64,000 nucleotides of DNA from Bugula neritina (Eukaryota > Animalia > Bryozoa). A program made the position numbers and the translations under genes. Positions 42,028-57,100 of this stretch are shown in pieces. The notes beneath the pieces were generated by a model. It was not told the origin of the DNA. It saw only the letters and a list, made by a program, of their open reading frames with translations, and searched no databases. Positions within the stretch are counted from its first letter, which is position 1, and every line of letters begins with the position of its first letter. The stretch covers positions 28,412,628 through 28,476,627 of the forward strand of contig OZ037767.1 of NCBI GenBank assembly GCA_964035545.1. Reading direction: 5' to 3'.

Positions 42028-45000
42028 TCAATTTAAGAAGCTGAGAATGGCGTCTGATTGGTTACCTGCGTAAAGAAACAGCCAAATGTAATCTCATATA
42101 TCTTACCTCCTTTACATTACACTGCAGATTACATAATATCAACATTATTCTTAGCTTAGCAAACGACATCATTAGATTTACTCTGTCTACCCAATATATA
42201 GATATACATACTATAAAATATGATTTGCGTTATAACATATAGAAATGTTGAAAATAGTGACATTAAGTAGCTATTTGTGCTCTGTTTGAATAATATAACT
42301 AACATCCTACAGGGCAGAAAAACTGTAAAAGGAAGAGGCTCTCCATTATTACAAATAATTGATAATTTTATCTCTTTTTATACACAATATTGAATAATAT
42401 GAAAATAAATTATCCAATTCGCAAAATGTAAGACATTTAGATTAGCTGCTCATTATCAGCAATGCCAATATTATCATGGTAAGCATGAAAATTCCAACAC
42501 CCAATAAATAACAAATGCTTTTGTAAATAACATGGCTAAAACTCACTCGCTACTTTGAGATCTTTGCGTGGCCTGACAATACCATAATCATTCGGAGGTT
42601 TATCCGTGACATACTTGACCCCAAGACCTTTACCACCTCTGGGCAGCTGATCAGATATCCTGGAGAAGATATAGTAAGAGAACATCATTATTACATAATC
42701 CTAATTGCATAACATAATAGAATATGATTGCTTTACAAACTTCATAAAACACCGTATGTCAAAACCAATTATTGTGCTAGAGGCTCAACATGAAAAGATT
42801 TAAATTTTTGTGCAAACTTTAGCAATTGTCAACAGGTGTTAACGAGAGCTAGTAAGCGTCAGCAATTGTTGGCAGCTTTCAACAAGTGTCAAAAGGCATG
42901 ACAGTAAACGCCAACAAGTGTCAACAAATGTCAACAAGCGTTACTAAATGTCAGCAGATGTTTGCAAGTGTCAACAAGTGTCAGAAAATGTTGATAAGTG
43001 TCAACAAGTGTCAGAAAGTGTCAATCTCTCTACTCACTGATCATACTGGTCCGCAGTCAAAACTGTGGCTTTAATAGGTAAATATATGATATCTGTCTCT
43101 GTGCAAATCTCCAGGTCATGTGATAGGAAACCAGATCCTGATTCGCCAATCACTCCGATAGCAATAGCATACAATTCTAGTTTCAGCTCCGCCTTCATTC
43201 CGGCAGCAATCTAAGCAGCGAATAACACAGGTTATGGCAAAAATAAGCTATGAGCAGGGTGAGATAACACAACTGCAAGTAGTATAGTCTACCAGACAAA
43301 AAACTCACCACTAAACAAATATCACAATTAAAAAAATTATTACATCTTAAATTGATGAGAGATTACATTTAATCACTTGCAAAAGTTGATCATTTATATA
43401 TTTTAAAACATAAATAAGATGACAAAGAAAACATTTAGATGGTGTAACTATTTTACACAAACTTTGAGCTTAGTCAAAAGCTTCTCCATCACAATAAAGG
43501 TGCATATTTGGGCTGCCTTAAACTTCAATTCCAAAGCAGTTTTCAATTCTAAATTCTGTAACACATTTATAAAGAAGTTTGTACCTAGTGACAGAAAACT
43601 TATTGGTCCAGGAACAAAAACTTACTGGCCCAGGGACGAAAATAAGTTTGAGTCCAGTGCTGGGTGGAGGGGGACGAATCTTGTACCGGCAGATGTCCAC
43701 ACCGACATTCTTGATAGCTATGGTAAAGCTGTAAGTTGTGCCCTCTTTAAGAACACCAAAGTCGACAAAGTCTGGCATCACCTCCAAACCTCGTGTCTTT
43801 GCATTGGCCATGGAGCTTGTATTGACCTGTCTCTTCACGGGATCTTCCACCAGAGCAAACTACCAACAGAAGTGTTGCAGCTACTAACAGACAGACATTG
43901 TGTACAACCATCCTCACCCTGTTATTATATGCATCTATTTCATACGAATATCATCTAATTCTGTCACCAAACACAAAAACAAATATTGAACTATTTTTAT
44001 CAAATGAACTTTTTTAATTTGCAGAAGATATAACATAAGCAGACCTAAACATTCAAAGTACATGCATATGATATTACAGACAGAATATAATATACATGCA
44101 TTGTGCGTATAATATAGAGTATGCATGTAATATAAAAAGAATAAATAGTATATAGTATGCTTAGTAAATATATAGTGTGCATATAATATATAGTATGCAT
44201 CTAATATAATGTATAGTGTGTATGTATGTACTACAACACCTGCATATTATAATGATGCATAAAGTACTGTATATTATAGCATAGGTTATGTTGATAGATA
44301 ATTTGCATAATACGGCTTCCATGAACATAAAGCAAACTCTCAACATGGTATAACAAACGATAATAAAATAGGATAAGAGTAAATGGTACATTAGCTAAAT
44401 ACAGCATAACAATGTGCTGTGTCAGATTTTATTATCATACCACAGCCACAAATATATATAAATATACTAAAGATGTTTCAAAATTTACCTAAGTAAGCGA
44501 ATTTATATGCAAGAGTAATAATTCTGTACCCTAAGATGGTAACCCTTGACTTATCCATCCTATAATCCCAGATTTCTTATATTTAGTTAAGCAAAGGGCC
44601 ATAAAACAAAAGCTGAAGTTATCAAAATAATGGCCGCCATAAATATGGATTGCATGAGATATTACATGGCTTTATTTGGTGATTATGATAATACAATCTC
44701 TCTGAAGTCATTCTAACATACATTCATAAATTACAAGCAGAGTGTTGCAAGAATGGTTAGATATTTATATAATTTATGTGATATATGTATAACAAAATTG
44801 CACACTATCTCATGGATATCACACGACATTCTCATAAAAATCCGTATTACATAAAATACTGCTCAAGTGACAGGAACTTACATTTCTTTGAATTCAATTA
44901 AAGCAAAATACCAAAATTTATAATCAAATAGTGAGTCTCTTAGAATTCAGACACAAACCAAGCACTTATAATGACTTATACAGATACTGAGTATGTGGAC

Positions 45001-48000
45001 TGATATAATTTTATAGCTTTTTGTTAGGAGTTTTCCACCCACCCATAAACGTACTTTTTATATACATGTAGACATTATGAAAGTGTAAACAGGTATCACT
45101 AGTTGTCACATATTAGCATTTTCTAGCCATGATGTATTACAGTTCCATTGTAAGACCCTAAGAATTCTAATAACAGAAACTGCTATTTAGACCCAACAAA
45201 TTTTGAATAAGTACTCACTCTAAATAATCTTTATAACCAGGTGGTCATAATTCCTCATGTGACAGCTATATTGTATACTATCAGTTATTATTAATAATTA
45301 TTACTAAATACAAGTAGTGATATAAACTCTTTATTGGAGTTGTCAACCTCTAGTTTATATTCGTTAGCATTAGCCACAAATGAATATATGAGGAAGCTGA
45401 CCTGGTAGTTAGGGAAAGCATTTTTTCTGCTGCTCATAGTTAGATAGTCTGGTACACGGACAGGCTGCACTCTGGGACTACCTGTCGCATCAAACTTCAT
45501 ACTGGTAGGTTTATTAGAAGTCTCTATTCTCGGGCTATATTCCTCAGGCTTCTTCACTGCCTCTGCTCCATCTAAAGTGTAATTTAAGCTAATTTACGTT
45601 TTTCTTATAAATTTCAAACATTTTAATAACCAACTAGTAAAAATGATGTCTGCAAACTAAAAAAAATTAAAATAAAGTTAAGCAAATTATTGCAAATAAT
45701 GATCAATACAGCAAAAATCAAAATTGATATGAAAAGTTAATAGATTTTATCTACACAACCCATTTCAGTGAATATTGGAGCAGAAGGATTTCACATACTT
45801 TCCCCTCTCAGTGGGGCAGCCAGGCAAGCAGCAGGCGAGTCTACAGCAGCAGGAGTTGCCTGCTCTCCCTTCTTACTAGCTTTCATAGGAGTTGGGCCAA
45901 ATGGACGGCTAGGGCTGATCACACCTGGAGAAGCTCTTGAGGGGGGAGAGGAGCCCTCATTAAGTTGTGGAATAATTGGTTCACGCCCCATAACAGTAGC
46001 AACATTTGCTGTAGGATCTCTAGCTAGCTTTTCCATCATACTTGCAGGATCTAATAAACATTTCACGAGTTTTTCTTCAAAATTCAAAGTTTGAACAAGA
46101 AAAATGCTACAAGCCTCTGCACACAGCTGGCTTTGAGGAAATTGAGGGAAAAAGTCTAACGGCATTAGAATTGTTCAAAAAAAGTTGAGTCGACAAGCAA
46201 AGTTATAAAGGAATAAATGACTGCTGCTACATGAGCTAGAAAATAGGAAATAGAGAATAGAGGATTCCATACTTCACATTACCTTTTAAACTGTGACAAA
46301 ATTCACATTGGAATGCATGGAAGCAAGAATTTTATAAGTCTAAAATTGCTATTAAAACATAATTACTGCTAAAGAATATAAATAAAAGTATGCACACAGT
46401 TATTTATAGTCTACAAGTTTATTTACTAACGGAATGTAAAATAATAACAGATACACAGCACATACAGTAGTTAGTAATAACAGAGAGGGTTAATGAAACA
46501 GGAAGTAGAACAAAAAGATAGAAAGTTGAACAGCTGTATTAAAAATCAATGTGTAGAGAAGAGCCAATGCAATACGTTACCTTTATTATGAGCATATTTA
46601 GCAGTAACAGTTCGTTTGGCATTCTCAACTGTTGAGAAAATTGGAAATAAATGGAATTTTTTTTGAAAAACAACAAAAATAAAATGGGAATGCTAAAAGC
46701 GTCATTGATTGAACAAATAATAAAAAGCTAATATATCTACATTATATATTACTTTATTATAATTTCCAAGATAATATTTTTGCAGAAGAAAATTTCTATC
46801 AAAACTAGATTCACAACAATATAATTTTGATGCAATAACTCTTTATAAAAAGAAAATGCTAGTTTAAATGTATACAGCTAACTGAAGTACACTACAACAA
46901 AGTGTGTCTAAAAAGGCTCAAGACTGCATTATAGTATAAACCTAATTGGTATAAGGCCCAATAATACAGGAAACCAACATCTATACGCATAGAAACTTCT
47001 ATTTGAAGAGGTGAAAATGGTGTGGTTAAAGACAAAGACCATAACTTCACAAGCATACCAAGTACAATGTAAATAACAAAGAGTATATACAGATTCTGGT
47101 ATCAACCTACCTGCGGAGTTTGATATGAGAAAAGCTCGTCCGAGTTCGCTCTCAAAATAAGGAGGAACTTGTCTCTTTTTCAAAACCTGGCGATTTTCTT
47201 TCTCTTCCTGTCGCTCCCTTTTGTCCTTCTCAATCTCAGCCTGAGATCTTCGTGGGGCCGGAGTATCTGGAGCACTGGAAGGCTTGGGAATCGTCACTGT
47301 CTCATATAATTTCTTCACATCGGCTAAATCCCACAAATCATGAGTATAGCAGAAAATCGCACATTACTGTACAATATAACAGTTCAAGCACGTCTTGTTA
47401 TTGCTAGCAACTTTAAAAATATAAAATCTCACCAGTTATAAAGCAAGTATGAAATATTGTCTCCACAACACCAAAATATAAAACATATATTTACACAATC
47501 TCTTACACTTCTTAAGTTTTTCCGCATTTGCTTTCAACAACTCAATGGAAGCCATCTTGTCTTCATCACTTCTCGGATCTTTGGGTCTCATATGTTCAGC
47601 ATTTTCTTCACTCGAACAGACATAGTCTCCGTACCTCTTGAGACTTTCATACAACCTGCAAGACATATTGAGACTGCTGCACGTACTGCATACAGCTGTG
47701 GAGACAACTCCCAACAGTGTCAAATATTCCACAATTTATTTTATGAAAGTTTACTGGAGATGAGGTATCTGCATAGTGCATACACTATATGATACGTCTT
47801 TCCTAATAAAAATGTTATTATGCCTTTTACAAAAGAATTTAATGCAAAGCTTTTGGCTCAACTAGAATTAATGTAATTTAAACTTAAGAGAATTTATCAA
47901 TAATTGTCACATATCATGTTTAATTTATACATTTATAAAAAGTTGACAATTAAATTACATAACACTGCTCCAACACTGTGTGAGTTACTGCTACAATATA

Positions 48001-48113
48001 CTAAGTACATGAGATACCAAATTTAAACACTATTATAGTGTATAACTTTTATTATATCGCCAATAAACTTGAAATGTGACATGAAATAACTACATTGTGT
48101 GGCGCATAAATAC

Positions 48114-48152
<39 letters not shown>

Positions 48153-51100
48153 ACTATATTTTGTAGCGCATGTACACGTACTGGTGTCTGTGTGCTGAGT
48201 CAACAGGTTTGTATTGAATTATCTGCCTCATCTCCAGTCTCTTTGGACACTGGATAACCTGAGGTGCGGGTGGAGTCTTCACCATGGAACCAACTGCCAG
48301 TCCACGGCCAACATTCGTCCCAAATTTAGGTCCTGCATCACACCAAATGACAGTCAAAATTCTTATCAATGTGAAAAAGAAAAGAAAATCGAAAACTTGT
48401 TTATTGAATAACAAAATTAAATAAATTTTTTAGAAATACAGTGACATCTTGGACTTTGGATGGTAATTTTCATTTATGGAAATTATTATTTCTGTTGATT
48501 ATTGAATTTTTAGCTAAATTTGGAGAAATAAAAGCAAAATCAAAGCAAATAGGTAGGTAGCTATGTGTCCCAATATTTCATCAACTGATGGTACAACTGA
48601 AATTGTTGTAAACAAGCGAATAGTGAAGTAAAAAACAATAAAATATTTTATAGACAAATTTTTATTTACTAAAAGTAATTATTAAAGTAAGTTTAAATCT
48701 TCAACAATGAAAATAGTTCTCCAACTACTAAAAGGCACAGTTTAAAAAATAAAATTTCAACAGTTGAATTAATGATTTGAATTATTAAAAACTAGGTAAT
48801 AATAACCAAGTTAAACAGACAACCTATTTATAGTTAATATCAACACTTTTACCAAATTAAAATATCGTGAATTATAGTGTATAAGGTTGTGTCTACCTTA
48901 GCTTGACAAGTATACAATGTAGCAGATGCAGATGCTGTGTTTACAACTTTGTAAAGAAACTGTAGTATGACTCACCAGGGGTGACGACTTCTCGTGGCGG
49001 AAGAGTCTTCAGATCTCGTGACCGTAATCCCGGAGGTATTATACTTCCTCCAGAGAAATTTCCAAGCCAAGCTTCACTAGCATTCTCTTTGTGTGGCTTC
49101 AGTACAGTGATGGCCGTGACACCTAGAGCAGGTGTCTTGACATTGTAAGTGTCATGTAGTTATACCATGTGACTCATTAGTATATTGTTTAATTAAAGAT
49201 CTATATATCTATGATGTCTATATAGATTCTAGAAACTGCTAATACTCATCTATGGTCTATCTGAATATTCAATAACAAATTCTCTAATTTTCATCTATAA
49301 TCAATCTAAATATATCAAGTAACAAGCTCTCCAATATCTATCTATAACCTACTTAGATATTCAACATCTGTCCATCCAGGAAGCTTCTACATTACCCACC
49401 TGGATATTCAATAACCGGCTCTTTAATGACAGCAACATTGTTATCCTCAGCCGCTGCAGACAGAAAGCCAGAGATGTCTTCATATCTCAGCAACTCTATG
49501 CCAGTCATACTCGGGTGAACAACAAAGAACCGTGGCGCGTGCTAAAACCAAAACATATACTATACATGCAGCTACCTCATAGAATTTCAAAAATTATATT
49601 GATACACTCTATTAATCTTCTAGTAGTATGGATATACAACAGCCTCAAAAAACGCCGACATCCTTAAATAATAAAAAATTAAGAACTAATCTCAAGATTA
49701 TCACTTTGCATTTAAGAATTCTCCTGAAAAGAATATAATTTGCAGCATAAAGGTTTTAGTACATTATTTCTATAATTGATGAAAATAATATTCAGATGTT
49801 TTGATCTGAGTTTAAATGTAGTCACATGATAGATTCTGTTTTTGTGCTATCGCTAATTTCTTTGAGTTATGAACAAATATTATAACAGTCTAACATATAA
49901 TACTATTTGCTAAAATATTTTATAAGATGGTAATTTGAAGCCTTTAAATTGATATAACTATCAACTGATGAGTACAGCTAGCTGACAAGGCTGTAGCTTG
50001 AGCTGCTTTTATCATATTTAACTTGTTTTTCGGAGTCAATGTACAATTGTAACAAATAAAAGATACCTGAGAAACATTTCAAATCTGTTAGACATGCTAC
50101 CATTTGTTCAAAATTTATTTTCATTAAAAAAATATCAATTGAGCAGATTTTTGGTCAAACTGACTGCAGCTTATTTTGCTAACCTTGCCATAGCCTGCAA
50201 CATTACTCAGGTTCTTCATCTTCTCCTCATACTGCTGTGAGAGAGTCACAGTTTGTGACCCGTCATTTCTTACACAGAACTTATTCCCATCAGGATCCTC
50301 AGCTCTGACTGTTATGAAGTTGCTATGACTCATTGTATACCCAATGTCCTTCACCTCTGCATCCGTCTGCAAGATTACATCAAAGCCTGATTGGTCATTT
50401 GATGGTGAAATTAACCGAATTAAACTATATAATCTATTACATAATTAGGAATATAAAATTTTGCTGCCAAAAGAAAAATGGTAATTTAGTAACAAATCAA
50501 ATAACGATATAAATTGTGGTAAGAATAGTTTTTAGTAAGCTAGATTAGCATAGCCTAGCAAACCTGACCTTGGTTTTTGGGTTGTGGGTTATGATGTGCG
50601 GCCCTATCTGTACCTCTGCTAGCTGTTAAAAGCAAACACAAAATACTGTTAGATATAAGCAGCATTAATGGCTTACAACAACCTTTGGAGTAAATTTTCA
50701 TAAAGCACTGGACTAACAATATTGGTGTCGAGACATAAAATGTCTACTCTTTGATGTCTTGGTTTCTTTCTAACAATTAAATTGGTTAATAAACACTCAA
50801 TACTTTAGATTTCATGCAAAACTGCCATCACACTTTTCCCGTTTCACACACTTTAGCTCAGTTGCTGGCTGATATAACTAAGGTGAAGGTTATACATCCA
50901 CATGGAGCAAACATGGCCGCTCTACACAATGAGCGCCACGTCTGTATCATATATCTATGTCCAAAATAACTTACCCCTGCAGTGGACAGGTGCTAAATTC
51001 AACAGAAATCATTTGTATAAAAACTGCTTACAAAATAATAATAAAATTGCTTCAGGCACATAAAACACCGTAACTATATTTTGTCATCAAATGAAAAATA

Positions 51101-54100
51101 AAAAGACAAGATGCTTTGAATTGTTTGAAAATCAGATTGACACGAGACTTGAATTAAACAATCACAAGATAAGCACAACTAAGTTTGCAAAGATGGGATC
51201 CTTTAAATAGCATTTTCTTTTATGAAATATTTTCTTATCAGTTTTTCTATTAAACTTTTCTTTAAAAAAACACAGATTTTGACACCCATATAACTGTAGA
51301 TACAACAGCTGTGCTTTGTACCTGAACTCTAGGACTGGGGATGTACAGCACATCACTCTTCTCATTGACCTCTAAGTTGAACCCATCTTTGTGGTACAAG
51401 TAGTAGCTTCCTGAAGAGGTCAACAAACAACACTTCAGGAACTTTTTAAATCACCAGAAAACACAATTAAATCGTTTATGCAGTTGTGATTATAACATCA
51501 CATCTACATATTTGGTAGCTGTAATATAATTATTACTTATTTTTATTTTCATAAAATTTCTTTTAAATACTTTTATCCATAAATTTACACCTTCAAACAA
51601 CCAAGTAGCAAACCAGGTTGTCCTAACAGACTAAACATATGGCAAAATATGAACTTTCTACATCACTTAAGCCCTCTGAAATATTTCTATAATTTATTGT
51701 GAATAACACATAAGCTAGTCATTTAAAACTTGCTGAGGTGTATGTCTGTTACTTACAATGTACATCTCTATTACTTACAATACATGTACATATATGTTAC
51801 TTATCATGTACATCCCTGTTACTCACAATATATCACATATCCGCTACTTACCATTTGGCATGACGGAGAGCAGAGAGCCAGTACCAAACTGCACCATACA
51901 GTAGGAAGAGAAACAGTTGAACTCCACAGATGCATATCCCGGGCATTCGACTCTCACAAACTGCTGTTTGATGATCACTGGAGCATCGTCTGCAAGAGTA
52001 TATCCTGACAATGACTCAGAATATCAAGAGTGATTATACTTGCCGTGGCAGTCTAGCTGAGAATTACTGTAGCTCTGAACGTAAATAATATGCATATATG
52101 GAAATTATTTCAACAAAATCAAAACTAACCATATAATTTCTCAAACCAAACCAAAATATTAAAATGCATAAATCTCATTCAAACTGATTCAAGTTGATCT
52201 TCTGCTACCAGTAATTCTTTTATTTCAAAGCCGTAAACTTGGGGATACTACTTGGCATAGAAATATGAATTATTGGAAAACTACATTCTGCGATATTATA
52301 GAACAAAAGTGTCCTTAGTAGCACCATGTTGAGTAGAATCATCAAATCTCAATCTTTACAGAGACATGAAAAGTATCCCATGACAGAAGATCTGTGAACT
52401 GCCATTCTATAAGCAGAAGAGACTCGTGTCATACCTTGTTTCTCCATTTCAGAGTCTCCCGCTCGCTCTATCTCCTTCACAAAAGTGGTGATTCGCGTGC
52501 CGTCTGCGTGATCAACTATCTTCATGTCATTAGGATAGGTGACTGTGTTAACATGATCTTCTCTGGTTACCATCATCTGTATTATACAACATGTGGAGAT
52601 AAATTCAAAGGAATGTAGTGGGGTGCAATTTCAATATGTCTACCTGAGCCTTTTAGTTTAAAAGATAAATGTATATACTTATGATTTACATACAGTACAA
52701 TATGAGTGCTGTTTAAATCTCAACAAATAAAATTACTTTGGATTGAAAATTAAAAATTATTCTCAAGGTCTTTCAACTTATGTTAGAAATTTTACATAAA
52801 AATTCTAAATTGAAAAGCATGATTTTCAAATTAGTAATTGAATGATTTAATGATCAGGAATCTACATGAGTGAGTTTCGCTAAGACTACATGTTCCAATG
52901 ACCACTTCACAATGAAAACAGACTAGGAGGTGATACAACTCACCTGGCCAGATTCCGGGTCACTGGCATAGCTGACTAAAGCATTCTCCACCTCCACAGC
53001 TGAGCCATCTAGCTTTCTCCCCACTCTCTCACCAGTAGGGGACGTGGTCACCCACTGCCCCTTCAACTCTACAGCAGGCTCTGCAACCTCAAGCTCTTCC
53101 TGGGCAGCTTGCTTCTGATCTTTACCTTTTTTACCTGAAGATTCAACAAGATTATACTGAGGAACAGCAGAAATTTTTTGTTTGCCAAATTTATACGGCA
53201 GACTTTGAAAAATTTAAAAAATATGCTACCGTTTATATAAAATTTCAGGGAGCTCAATTGAAAGGAGCGAAAAGCTTTTAAAAACTGATGAGTGTACGAG
53301 CAAAAACAATAACTAGGTAGAATATTATGAAGTTTTTAAATTCTAGTATTAAGAAAAAACAATACTATAAATAATAAAACTTTCAAAATGTGAATAAATT
53401 TATTTTGTAGATCGAATAACAGAGTTGACCAATTAAAACAAGCTGAAGTTAGCCAAACACAGATGTGAGAGTTAGTTTTATTCAAGTTATTAATATCCAC
53501 AATCTTGTAATGAGATAAGAAAGTGGAGAGCAAACTTCAAGATATAATACACGAGACATTAGTTATAAATAGCAAAACATCCCCTTTACATTGCACAGAC
53601 ACCAAAAGTTTGGGTTTTATAGATAATGCTGAGGCTAACTCACGGATATATACAAGCACAACCCCACCTTTGCCACTGCAATAGCAATCTACCAGCCTAT
53701 GTGAACCACATAACTGGTAATATATAAAAGATTAATGTTAGTTTAGTGAGAGTCCATGTTAAAGTTAGGAGAGCACTAGCACATTACATGCAATACCTAC
53801 TGGAAGCTACAAGCAGAAGATAATCAGAATTAGCCATTCATCTATTTGGTTATATAACTTCTATACAAACATCTATAATTCTAAAACTGCCACACAAAAA
53901 TATTACAAAATTCAATTAAAATTATCATGAAATATGTTGTACTACACAAATTATAAAACAATTTAAAAACCAGAGAATTAACAAAAACAATAAAATGCAC
54001 AATATTCTTCATTACTGAAAATTTCAAAGTGCTACATGATTTTCCTCGTAAAATATGGCAAATTTTATCTACTTGAGTAACATATTATGTCCTCCCAGTA

Positions 54101-57100
54101 GCTTCATAGTCATCCCAGGCAATCCATACTCTTAACATTTATGTAATCACAATGTGGTCACAAATTTTAATGTATATGTTTATGATGAAGTTACAAAATT
54201 TAGTGTATATATAATTACGACGAGGTGACAACCAACAAAATCTATGTAACCACAATGAGATGATAACTCCAAACAAATATTTGATTATGCAGCAATGACA
54301 ACTGCATGCTACACCTTTACCTTTTCTGGTGGGTGTGGCCGCCTGCTCTCTCCCACTGCGTGCACTTGATGACCTGACGGGTGACTCGGCTCTCTGCAAG
54401 ATATTCACACCAGATGTCACTCCAGTCAAGTTGCTGACACCACCGTCAGCGTACAGGACAACCACATCACCGTTAGACATGTTTTTAACAACAGAGCCAT
54501 CTGATCTGATAACACGAGAAGCTTCTTGCATAGCTGGAACACTTCTTGCCTCTTCACACCTGAGAGTTACGACACAAAAATATATTATACGTAAATCGTT
54601 TCATACAACAGGTTTGTTAACACTGGTCATGTTGTAAAATAAAAGTTCAGTTAACTCACTTAACATGCTGACACACATTGTGCCACATGCGCTATGTAAA
54701 GCAAATTGAAATAACTGAAAAATAATGTCCGATTCAAACACTTCAATCAGACTAACGCTACACTAAGAGACCCCTTCCTGTACATACATGTATAAAGAAG
54801 CCGGTGATAAAACTCCTACATGTCTACAATTCACTCACTTGTGTTTGCCGAGAGTCTTGTAAGGGTAACTCTGTCTCACCAGAAGTCTTCTGGGTTCACC
54901 TTTAGCACCTGTGATACTATTCTCAATATGAAAGCTAAGAGTGAGACCATCCGGACAGGTGAGATTAATCTGCTGGAAGGGTGGTTCAGGTACCCCCTCC
55001 TCGGTCTCAGCAGTATCTGCAGGAGTCTGTTCATCTTCCTACAGAGGAAACACAGGCTAAACAGCTGACAACATGAGACAGTTGAGTAGTTCACATATCA
55101 ACTTACAGCTATTTAGAACTGCATTCAAGATTGATTAGAGCAGCATACTGAATCAAACAACAAGAAGGAGTTGTACAAATCATAGAAAGTTATTTGATGG
55201 TTTAATAACAGCAAAGTATGGTTAAGATGTGAACAGCATTCTCGAAGTTGAGTAATACAACCCAAAATAGTAAGTAGTAGACCATAATAGTAACTAATAA
55301 ACCAGAATAGTAAGTAGTAGACCAAAATAGTACTGTAAACAATGACCCAAAACACCATCTGGCTCATTGCAATAGATGAACACATGCTAATTCAGCCAAC
55401 TATTCCACAGAATATTCATTGTTGCACATTTACATGACAGACAGCTATTAAGTTTTTACCAATACTGGTTCAGGAGTAGCCACAGCAGTTGCCTTCTCTT
55501 TGCCCTTTCCTTTCTTTGTGGGGCTCCCTTTAGCTCCAGTATCAGGGGCTGGGCTTGGACTTGGACCAGCCGGGGCGACATAAGGAGCGGGCTCGTACTT
55601 CTTGTAACTCTCAGGCTCACCCTAAGTTGAACATAAACATCATACAGTCACACATAATAGACTTCCCAGATGTTACCTATATAGCTATTCTAGAAAATTG
55701 AAAACTAGATTGCTGAAATTCATGTATATTTCACAAGCTGTTACAAAAATAACACAAATAAAACATATAATCTTTAAAATAGCGTAAAAAGTAAATACTT
55801 TTATAAAATAATTATTATAAACTGCTGCACAAGAAAAAAGTCAACAGTGATTCTAGAGAATATGTACTATTTTATATAATGACTATACCTTGATACCATG
55901 TACTATATTATATATATAATGACTATACCTTGATACTATATTATATTATATACTATACCTTCAGGCCGTAAGTGCTGAATGACATGTTCATCCCATCCTT
56001 GAAACTTGCTGTGAAACTGCCGTGTTTTCCCACAGCAACCATTTCTATAAACATAAACATCCAGTGTCCAAACATATACAATACATACTCAGTATCACAA
56101 TAGAAGTACATATTTATATACTCAGTATTATAATAGCAACAGTGCATCTACCTTTAGCTTTTTCCGACTCTTCAGTTTCCGCCTTTTCAACTTCTGAAGA
56201 GCTCTCTGGTTTGACCTCTTCAGAAGGCTCCATGACGTGTATCATGAACACATTACCATCCTTCACCACTGACGTCTTCACAGATGTAGTGCCTACATTT
56301 ATAAACGCATGACTGCAGTTCATCAGCTCACAAAAATTTTAGTCTTAGACCAAAGCAACTCTTGTTTTTCTAAATTGAATCTTCAATGACAACGGGATTG
56401 GTAAGTTAACAACAAAATAGTAGATTTTAATATTGTTATAATATAAGCAAAGAATTACGTCTACTAAATACACACTGTGCCAGAAATTTATTAGCTTGCT
56501 AAAATATTTCTAGTCTTTAAATAAACACAGCTGTTGACAGTACAGAAACTGTTGAAGTTTGAAACAGAGTAAGAATGTTACAAGACACAATAATTGATGA
56601 TGTATAAACTAGCAGTGACAATACCTTGGACAAAGCTAATTCGCTCAGATCTAATTATAGCGCCATCTGTTGGGAACAGCGTGCTGACTTTACCACTGGC
56701 ATGCATCAGTTTGCTTGTACCTAAGTCGTATCCAGTAAACTGAAATACAGTAGATAGTTTAGTGTAAGTATATATAGAATATAGACACAGTAGATAGTTT
56801 AGTGTAAGTATATATAGAATATAGATACAGTAGATAGTTTAGTGTAAGTATATATATAATATAGACACAGTAGATAGTTTAGTGTAAGTATATATAGAAT
56901 ATAGATACAGTAGATAGTTTAGTGTAAGTATATATAGAATATAGACACAGTAGATAGTTTAGTGTAAGTATATATAATATAGACACAGTAGATAGTTTAG
57001 TGTAAGTATATATAGAATATAGACACAGTAGATAATTTAGTGTAAGTATATATAGAATATAAATACAGTAGACAATTTAGTGTAAGTATATATATAGAAT

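Noticed and set aside
43419-43958. 179-aa plus-strand ORF, and similar ones at 45768, 47457, 54329 and 62205
   Set aside because: Antisense shadows of SPAG17 exons with no recognisable protein features.
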